The notes under the pieces are model-generated. The model was given only the letters and a program-made list of their open reading frames with translations. It searched no databases and was not told the DNA's origin. The position numbers and the translations under genes were made by a program. A stretch of DNA of 32,000 nt from Pirellula staleyi DSM 6068 (lineage in GTDB: Bacteria > Planctomycetota > Planctomycetia > Pirellulales > Pirellulaceae), in NCBI GenBank assembly GCA_000025185.1, contig CP001848.1:2640001-2672000 (forward strand). The letters run 5' to 3'. Of the stretch, positions 23,850 to 30,400 are shown one piece after another. The stretch's first letter is position 1. Each line of letters opens with the position of its first letter.

Positions 23850-26615
23850 ATGAATGATGCTGACCAGCAGATTGTGAACGACTTTGTGATTGAAGCGAGC
23901 GAGCACCTCGCGGATATCGAGAACCAGCTCCTTTCGATCGAAGCGAGCGCCGATAGTCCCAACGTCGAACTCGTTCACGAGGTCTTCCGGAACGTCCATT
24001 CGGTGAAAGGGGTTGCAGGGTTTCTCGGGTTTGCATCGGTAGGATCGCTGGCGCATAGCCTCGAAAGTGTCCTCAACATGGTCCGAGGGGGCGAGCTGCG
24101 CCCGCAAGGTGTCGTCATCGAAACGCTCCTCTCGGGGTTCGATACGCTGCGACAAATGGTCCACCATATCGACCGGGTCGACGACTTTGATGTCACCGGG
24201 CATGTCAACCAGCTGCAGGAAATCATGAACGTCGCCAAGATCGCCCCATCCGCTGGCGAACTTGCCGCCGCAGGCACTTCAGGCGGTTCCGCTGCGAGTC
24301 AGCATCCGCTCGATCTGGCGCAGCAGTTCGTGACCGATTCGGGACTGCAGGCCGATCCCAACGCGATCCTCGCCAGTTTGCGAGAGCAAATGGAGCCGGC
24401 CGCAGCACCGAAAGCGAACGCACAAAGTAGTCAGCAGCCCAAGATCGCATCTGAACCGGCCCCTACCAGCGACGCCGCGATCAACAGCAAGATTAGTGCA
24501 GCTAACGGTGCCGCTGCCGAGTCGACACCGAGCAAAGGGAGTGCGGCCGACGCCAATATTCGCGTTCCGGTGGCGATTCTCGATCGGCTGATGAATCTCG
24601 CCGGCGAACTGGTACTCGGTCGCAATCAGCTGTTGCAGATCTTGCAGAACAAATCGGGCGCGGGGCTCGACACCGTCGGCGCGCGGCTCGATCAAGTCAC
24701 CACCGAGCTGCAAGAGGCGATCATGAACGCCCGCATGCAGCAGGTAGGGACCGTTTTCAATCGCTTCCCCCGCATGGTCCGCGATGTGAGCCAAAAGCTC
24801 GGCAAACAGTGCCGCTTACAACTCGAGGGGAGCGAAGTCGAGCTCGATAAAACGATCCTCGAAAACATTTGCGATCCTCTCACGCACCTCATTCGCAACG
24901 CCATCGATCACGGCATCGAGCGCCCTGAAGTTCGTGCTCGTGAGGGAAAATCAGAAGCTGGCACCCTCACGATCCGCGCGTTTCACCAGGCAGGCAAAGT
25001 CCATATCACGGTGAGTGACGACGGTGGTGGCATTCACCCGCAAAACCTGCGCGATAAAGGTGTCCGCAAGGGTTGGTTTAGCGCCGAGCATGCCGCTTCG
25101 CTCTCCGATCGCGAAGCGCTCCGGCTGATCTTCCGCCCTGGTTTTTCAACAGCCGAAGTGGTCACCGAAGTGAGTGGCCGCGGCGTTGGCATGGATGTTG
25201 TCAAAACCAATATCGAAAAACTAGGGGGGACGGTAGAAGTCGACAGTACACCTGGCGCGGGGACGACCGTGCATGTGAAACTTCCCCTCACACTGGCCAT
25301 CATTCCGTCGCTGATCGTTGGCAGCTGTGGCGAGCGTTATGCCATTCCCGAAAGCTCGATCATCGAGCTCGTCCGCTTCACGCCGGGCGATAAGAGCATG
25401 CGTGTCGAACGTTTCCAGGGTGCCGAAGCGCTCCGGCTGCGGGGAACACTCTTGCCACTCGTTCGTTTGAGCTCGCTCCTATCGACCAGCTCGAAGAAAA
25501 CGCCGATTGCGACCGATACTTCGCGGGCTCACAACATCATTGTGGTCGAAGGGGGAGTCGTTCGTTATGGGATTGTGGTCGATGCGGTCCTCGACCCCGA
25601 GCAGATCGTCGTGAAACCACTGGGGCGGCACATCAAGAGCTGCCGCTGTCTGGCTGGTGCGACGGTGCTCGGCGATGGACAAGTCGCCTTTATTCTCGAT
25701 ATTCCTGGGATCGCAGCGCATGCGTCGCTCGTTGCCGGGGAATCGCTCGAGGCCGAAAATCGCCGCTTTGCCACACAAGACACTGCCGAAGAAACGCAAA
25801 CCATTTTGCTCTTCCAAGGGCTGCGCGGCGATCTGTTTGCCGCCCCCATGGCGATGGTCTCGCGCATTGAAAAGATTGGCCGCGAGCAGGTCGATCGCGT
25901 CGAGTCGCGACTCTTGCTGCAATACCGTGGCGGCACACTCCCACTGGTTCAGCTCGAACCAGGGACCCAGCGCGAGGAGCTTCCCGAATCGGTCTACGTT
26001 CTCGTCTTCCAAGTGAAGGGTTACGAGATGGGACTGATCGTGCCACTGATCGTCGACATCTGCGATGCCTCGACGGCGGTCGACACGCGAGTCTATCGCG
26101 AGAAGGGAACGATGGGGGTGCTGGTGATCGAGGGACGCGTGGTTCGTTTGCTCGATGTGCATGAACTAGCAGCGAGCATGGCTCCGCCGCAGGCCGACAA
26201 TCCACGTCTGCAAAATTCGCCGCTGCAGGGGCGTCGGCTTACCGTGTTGATGGCCGAAGATTCCCCATTTTTCCGCGAGCAGATCGGCAAATTCCTCACC
26301 GAAGAGGGACACACCGTGATTGCCTGCGAAGATGGTTTGGAAGCGTGGGAAACGTTGCAGCAACCCTCGCTGCAAATCGACCTGGTGGTGACCGATGTCG
26401 AAATGCCGCGCATGAATGGTTTTGAGTTCTGCCGCAAGATTCGCTCGTCGGCGGCGCATCGGCATCTCCCTGTGATCGCCCTCACTTCGCTGAACGAAGC
26501 CAAGCATGTTCGCATGGGAGCAGAGGCGGGGGTGAGCGACTATCAAGTGAAGATGGATCGCGACAAACTGCTCGCCGCGATCACCAAGTTCATGGCCCAA
26601 ATGAAATCGACGTAA
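23850..26615 (+). CDS. cheA: Chemotaxis histidine kinase CheA fused to a CheY-like receiver, with two CheW-like (P5) domains
   Basis: The Hpt region reads FRNVHSVKGVAGFLGF and the dimerisation region IRVPVAILDRLMNLAGELVLGRNQL. The HATPase region reads DPLTHLIRNAIDHGIE...GRGVGMDVVKTNIEKLGGTVEVDSTPGAGTTVHVKLPLTLAI. Two CheW-like blocks follow, then REC (VLMAEDSPFFRE...DLVVTDVEMPRMNGFEF...PVIALTS...K). Confidence 0.95.
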   Translation: MNDADQQIVNDFVIEASEHLADIENQLLSIEASADSPNVELVHEVFRNVHSVKGVAGFLGFASVGSLAHSLESVLNMVRGGELRPQGVVIETLLSGFDTLRQMVHHIDRVDDFDVTGHVNQLQEIMNVAKIAPSAGELAAAGTSGGSAASQHPLDLAQQFVTDSGLQADPNAILASLREQMEPAAAPKANAQSSQQPKIASEPAPTSDAAINSKISAANGAAAESTPSKGSAADANIRVPVAILDRLMNLAGELVLGRNQLLQILQNKSGAGLDTVGARLDQVTTELQEAIMNARMQQVGTVFNRFPRMVRDVSQKLGKQCRLQLEGSEVELDKTILENICDPLTHLIRNAIDHGIERPEVRAREGKSEAGTLTIRAFHQAGKVHITVSDDGGGIHPQNLRDKGVRKGWFSAEHAASLSDREALRLIFRPGFSTAEVVTEVSGRGVGMDVVKTNIEKLGGTVEVDSTPGAGTTVHVKLPLTLAIIPSLIVGSCGERYAIPESSIIELVRFTPGDKSMRVERFQGAEALRLRGTLLPLVRLSSLLSTSSKKTPIATDTSRAHNIIVVEGGVVRYGIVVDAVLDPEQIVVKPLGRHIKSCRCLAGATVLGDGQVAFILDIPGIAAHASLVAGESLEAENRRFATQDTAEETQTILLFQGLRGDLFAAPMAMVSRIEKIGREQVDRVESRLLLQYRGGTLPLVQLEPGTQREELPESVYVLVFQVKGYEMGLIVPLIVDICDASTAVDTRVYREKGTMGVLVIEGRVVRLLDVHELAASMAPPQADNPRLQNSPLQGRRLTVLMAEDSPFFREQIGKFLTEEGHTVIACEDGLEAWETLQQPSLQIDLVVTDVEMPRMNGFEFCRKIRSSAAHRHLPVIALTSLNEAKHVRMGAEAGVSDYQVKMDRDKLLAAITKFMAQMKST

Positions 26616-26671
26616 GTTGGCGAGCCTGAGTTTTTTGCGCAAGTGTGGCTGAGTGAAGAGAGAATGAGATC

Positions 26672-27160
26672 ATGCAAACGATGATTGCCAAGCCCCAGCA
26701 AGTTGCTCGTCAAGAGCTTGAACTGGTGACCTTTCGTGTCGGCAAGTTGACCTTTGGAATCGAAATCCATCACGTCAAAGAGATCAACTCGCATCTGGTG
26801 CCGACTCGTGCGCCGCATGCGCATCGCGCGGTGCTGGGAGTGATGAACCTGCGCGGCGACGTGATTACTGTCGTCGATTTAGCCACGCTGCTGAAGCTTC
26901 CGCAGCGCTCCGAGGGAGCACGCGGCAAGGGAGTGATTGTCTCGGTGGAAGGTGAGCTGGTGGCGGTGGCGGTCGATCAGGTGGAAGATGTGGTGACGCT
27001 CGAGCGTCACGAGCTCCATCCTCTGCCGCCGAACTTTCGTCTCGGTGATTCGCGCGTTTACCAAGGGGTTTATCCAACGGAGCATGGCCTGGTGGTGCTG
27101 CTCGATATCGTCGAGGCGATGGAAATGCACCTGCAACGCGAATCGAGCAGCCGCTCGTAG
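26672..27160 (+). CDS. cheW: Chemotaxis coupling protein CheW
   Basis: 162 aa. The product reads LVTFRVGKLTFGIEIHHVKEI...AVLGVMNLRGDVITVVDLATLL...VAVAVDQVEDVV...GLVVLLDI. Confidence 0.93.
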   Translation: MQTMIAKPQQVARQELELVTFRVGKLTFGIEIHHVKEINSHLVPTRAPHAHRAVLGVMNLRGDVITVVDLATLLKLPQRSEGARGKGVIVSVEGELVAVAVDQVEDVVTLERHELHPLPPNFRLGDSRVYQGVYPTEHGLVVLLDIVEAMEMHLQRESSSRS

Positions 27161-27367
27161 TCGTCCGTCGATCAATCAAGGTCGGGTTGATAGGGTGCCA
27201 CTGGCATCTTGCCAACGCAGATGTTGGAATCGATGTTTTTGGCGAAATCTGCTTGAAATAGAGAGTCAAATAACACTTCTCACTGAGCAGAGCCGCGTGG
27301 CACACTGGATTACAGCCTAGTCAATGCTGCCTGACATCATCGACCGACGAACTAGTAGATGATGTTC

Positions 27368-27399
27368 GCTAACAGGCCATGTTGCTAACAGGTCGTGTT
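27368..27399 (+). repeat. 16-bp tandem direct repeat in the flp upstream leader
   Basis: GCTAACAGGCCATGTT / GCTAACAGGTCGTGTT, 14 of 16 identical. Confidence 0.7.
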
Positions 27400-27509
27400 A
27401 AGGAATGGAAACAGCGGCGCTGCTGAAAAACGTTTTGCCATAGGTCAAGAGTTGGTGAATGATTTTTGAGGACTTTGCCTCGAAGTATCACGTAATTTCT
27501 AAAAAACTC

Positions 27510-27544
27510 TTGACGAATCAATCGCCACGCTGGCGTGCAATCTA
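27510..27544 (+). promoter_or_regulatory. Shared cis-element, copy upstream of flp
   Basis: TTGACGAAT-CAATC-GCCAC-GCTGGCGTG-CAA-TCTA. The TTGACG also forms the right arm of a 10-bp inverted repeat (27442..27451 / 27505..27514). Confidence 0.4.
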
Positions 27545-28204
27545 TCGCTTAGGTGAGCTATCTCGCTCGTAGCGCTTCTCCGGGGTGGGGAAGTGCCGGT
27601 GGTGACGATTATGTCATCCCACGCTCCGGAAGTAGATCGAAAAAATTTTCGAACTCCTGCTGAATTGCTCAAGCAGTTCGTTTGACACCTGAGGAAACCG
27701 ACCTAGGTTTTCGTTGTACGGATGAGCGGAGTGAATCGGCTCTTCGTGCATGAAATGAGAGTGCCTGGGGAGGCGTGTTCGCTGCGGTATTTCCGCTGTG
27801 AAATGCGTCTCACTTGGTGCTTCTGATTTCGGGCGGCCTGCCGCCTCACATCCTCGATAAGGGCAAACCGGTAGAGATGCCGGGGCGCAAAGCAAAGGGC
27901 CTTTGGCCCGCTGGGATCACGCAAGTGAACTGGTGGGCCGATGGTAGCCTGGCTGCCGAAAGGGTGTCGACGAGTTGGAACTACATCGCACAGCGATGTG
28001 CCTCCAGTTACGAGACGACCTGACAGGCGAGATAACGAGAACGAGGCGAGCTTCGTCTGTTGTTTTGGATTCCGGTGAGCTGGTTTGGCAGGCCGGAGCG
28101 GGCCATGTTTGGCACGCTTACTACCAGCTACAGGGGTCCAGTGTGTTCTGTCGTGTCGGGTGCTTAGCGACTACGTTCGCAGCACGTAACTGAGGAGGAA
28201 GCCA

Positions 28205-28393
28205 ATGAAGAATCTCGCTCTGAAAGTGCAACGTTTCCTGGTCTCGGAAGATGGTCCAACTGCAGTGGAATACGCTGTGATGTTGGCGCTCATCGTGATC
28301 GTGTGCCTCACGGCCATTCAGGCCATCGGCACCAACGCCAACGCGACGTTCAACAGCGTCGCCACCAAGCTCTCGAGCGGTGGCGGTTCGTAA
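28205..28393 (+). CDS. flp: Flp-family type IVb pilin (copy 1)
   Basis: 62 aa with the processing motif G/PTAVEYAVMLALIVIV. The RBS GAGGAGG lies 6 nt upstream. Confidence 0.93.
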   Translation: MKNLALKVQRFLVSEDGPTAVEYAVMLALIVIVCLTAIQAIGTNANATFNSVATKLSSGGGS

Positions 28394-28400
28394 TGTCGTG

Positions 28401-28424
28401 CGAGCTTGCCGCGAGGCAAGTTCG
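28401..28424 (+). other. Stable GNRA-loop hairpin immediately after flp copy 1
   Basis: CGAGCTTGCC-GCGA-GGCAAGTTCG forms a 10-bp stem with one G-U pair. No U tract follows. Confidence 0.5.
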
Positions 28425-28732
28425 ATGAGCGCATCCATTGCTTTGAGATGCGACACAATCCCCGGTGGTCGGTGGTAGAGCCTGTCTCTGCTACCGGCCA
28501 CGGGCTTGTGACTCGGGCCGGGAAACAGTCCTGGCGAGTCACCCACGTTGTCCTGAGGTAGTGCTGGCGCGATCAAGTTCGCAGCCGCTTACCGCACCCC
28601 ACGCTGGCGACGCGATTCGATTCGCCTCAGCCGCGCGAATTTCAAAACTGATCGGAGCTATTCGGGAGCTCGTCGATGTTCGACCAGCACGAATTGGCAC
28701 CGCCACAAACACGTGAATGAAGAAGAATCAAC

Positions 28733-28921
28733 ATGACTGCCATTGCCAGCAAAATCGGTCGTTTTCTGAAGAGTGAAGATGGTCCAACCGCCGTGGAATA
28801 CGCTGTGATGCTCGCGCTCATCGTGATCGTGTGTCTCACCGCCATCCAAGCGATCGGCACCAACGCCAACGCCACGTTCAACAGCGTTGCGACCAAGCTC
28901 TCGAGTGGCGGCGGTTCGTAA
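28733..28921 (+). CDS. flp: Flp-family type IVb pilin (copy 2)
   Basis: 62 aa. The product is identical to copy 1 from residue 14 onward, and the leader differs. Confidence 0.93.
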   Translation: MTAIASKIGRFLKSEDGPTAVEYAVMLALIVIVCLTAIQAIGTNANATFNSVATKLSSGGGS

Positions 28922-28976
28922 TCCATCCACTGGCCTGGCGACTTGAAGGCACATAACCGAAGTGGAGACTCCTGCG

Positions 28977-29084
28977 ATGTACTGTGTGATTCCAAGCGAT
29001 TTACTTGCTGGCGGACTAGAACTCGTCTGCTGCGGATTCACGCTCGTGGCAGCGGTCGTCGGCTATGTGCTGAGCGCACGATAG
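28977..29084 (+). CDS. Candidate 35-aa hydrophobic peptide (not in ORF track)
   Basis: My own translation gives MYCVIPSDLLAGGLELVCCGFTLVAAVVGYVLSAR. GGAG lies 9 nt upstream of the ATG. It sits between flp copy 2 and cpaA. Confidence 0.3.
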   Translation: MYCVIPSDLLAGGLELVCCGFTLVAAVVGYVLSAR

Positions 29085-29182
29085 GCCTCACCAACCTTAG
29101 CAAATATCAAGCAACGTCGACCCCCGGATGACAACCGCTGCGAGCTGCTATTTCGCTCGCACGCTTCGACCGGGCGACTTGC

Positions 29183-29201
29183 TTGACGATCAATCAACAC
29201 G
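29183..29201 (+). promoter_or_regulatory. Variant of the TTGACGA(A)TCAATC box upstream of cpaA
   Basis: TTGACGATCAATCAACACG compared with TTGACGAATCAATCGCCACG at 27510 gives 17 matches with one 1-nt gap. Confidence 0.3.
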
Positions 29202-29222
29202 TTTCACGGGGAGAGAATAGCG

Positions 29223-29792
29223 ATGCTCGATGCGATTTACGCAGTGGGTTCGGCCATGGCCGAACATTGGACCGTTTGGCTGGTGACCATTGTTTTGATC
29301 CTGGCTGCGGTGATCGACGGTTTTGAATTGAAGGTGCCCAACTGGATCACCTTTCCATTCATCATCAGCGGCTGGATCTACAGCGTGGCTGCGTTCGGCT
29401 GGGAAGGGCTCGGCTGGAGCCTCGTCGGAACGGTGGTTGGTTTGGCGCTGCTGCTTCCCGCCTATTCGATCGGCGGCATGGGAGCAGGGGACGTGAAACT
29501 GCTAGCAGGTGTCGGAGCCTGGATGTATGGAACGCACACGTTCTATGCCTTCTGTGCCTCGGCGGTGGTGGGAGCCCTCTGTGCTGTCATCATGGTGCTG
29601 GCAAAACGAGCCTGGAAGAAACACTCGGATCAGTTCTGGCTGATCCTCAATGAGATCATGGTGATTGGAAATCCTGAGAAGCTGGCAGTGATTGCAGCGA
29701 AGCGTAAGCCTTCGATGCTGCTGCTCCCTTATGGAATTCCAATCGCAATCGGCACGATTGGCTACTTTTTGGTCCGAGGCATGTTGGTGTAA
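29223..29792 (+). CDS. cpaA: Prepilin peptidase CpaA/TadV (A24 aspartic peptidase)
   Basis: Polytopic membrane protein. The first catalytic Asp context is AAVIDGFELKVPN and the second is GGMGAGDVKLLAGVGAW. Confidence 0.92.
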   Translation: MLDAIYAVGSAMAEHWTVWLVTIVLILAAVIDGFELKVPNWITFPFIISGWIYSVAAFGWEGLGWSLVGTVVGLALLLPAYSIGGMGAGDVKLLAGVGAWMYGTHTFYAFCASAVVGALCAVIMVLAKRAWKKHSDQFWLILNEIMVIGNPEKLAVIAAKRKPSMLLLPYGIPIAIGTIGYFLVRGMLV

Positions 29793-29835
29793 GAGCCACC
29801 TGCCGTAGACCGGGTAATCTGGGAGGGGTTTGTCG

Positions 29836-30306
29836 ATGGCAACGATGAGGCAGCCCGAGCAGAGTTTGCAGGTCCAGTTACCGAAACTGGATAAACCTTA
29901 CCGGTCGTACCGAAGAAATCGTCGGGCGGCGGCCACAGTCGAGTTTGCTGTGGTCGCACCGATCTTCTTTCTTCTCGTCCTCGGCATGATCGAGTACGGG
30001 CGGATGGTGATGGTCCAACAGGTCATCACCAACGCTTCGCGAGAAGGGGCAAGGACGGCTGTGCTCGACGGGACGACGACGGCGGAAGTAACTGCCACAG
30101 TCAACTCCTACCTCGCTAGCGGTTCGATTTCAGGCGCGACTGTAGTGGTCACACCTAATCCTCCGACGAATGCCGATGGTGGGGATCCAGTGACTGTGAC
30201 GGTTTCTGTTCCTTTCAGTCAAGTCAGTTGGCTCCCGTCGCCAATGTACTTAGGAGGGAAGACTCTCTCGTCGACGACCGTAATGCGCCGCGAGTCGGTG
30301 CAGTAG
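29836..30306 (+). CDS. tadE: TadE-like pseudopilin
   Basis: RRAAATVEFAVVAPIFFLLVLGMIEYGR is the TadE N-terminal motif. ATG 29836 is preceded by GGGAGGGG. Confidence 0.88.
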   Translation: MATMRQPEQSLQVQLPKLDKPYRSYRRNRRAAATVEFAVVAPIFFLLVLGMIEYGRMVMVQQVITNASREGARTAVLDGTTTAEVTATVNSYLASGSISGATVVVTPNPPTNADGGDPVTVTVSVPFSQVSWLPSPMYLGGKTLSSTTVMRRESVQ

Positions 30307-30400
30307 CTAGCAACACCAGCGACTAGCTCTTTACGGCCGTCCAGATGGTTCAGCGTCTCATCATTTGTGTTTGCTGGCGGCAAGCGAAGGAAACCTCGCA

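Noticed and set aside
23285-24203. ORFs in the MCP-like/cheA divergent spacer (68 aa and 132 aa plus strand, 240 aa minus strand)
   Set aside because: Their products have biased Arg/Pro/Ser-rich composition, no ribosome-binding sites and no motifs. The 240-aa ORF is mostly antisense to the cheA Hpt region.
27196-27212. TGGCAT-CT-TGC read as a sigma54 -24/-12 promoter
   Set aside because: The GG-to-GC spacing is 8 nt instead of the required ~12 nt. The string is better described as part of the palindrome TGCCAcTGGCA.
27614-28193. ORFs of 69-93 aa inside the AT-richer flp leader
   Set aside because: They have no ribosome-binding sites, mutually overlapping frames and compositions unlike real proteins. 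I treat the region as non-coding pending expression data.
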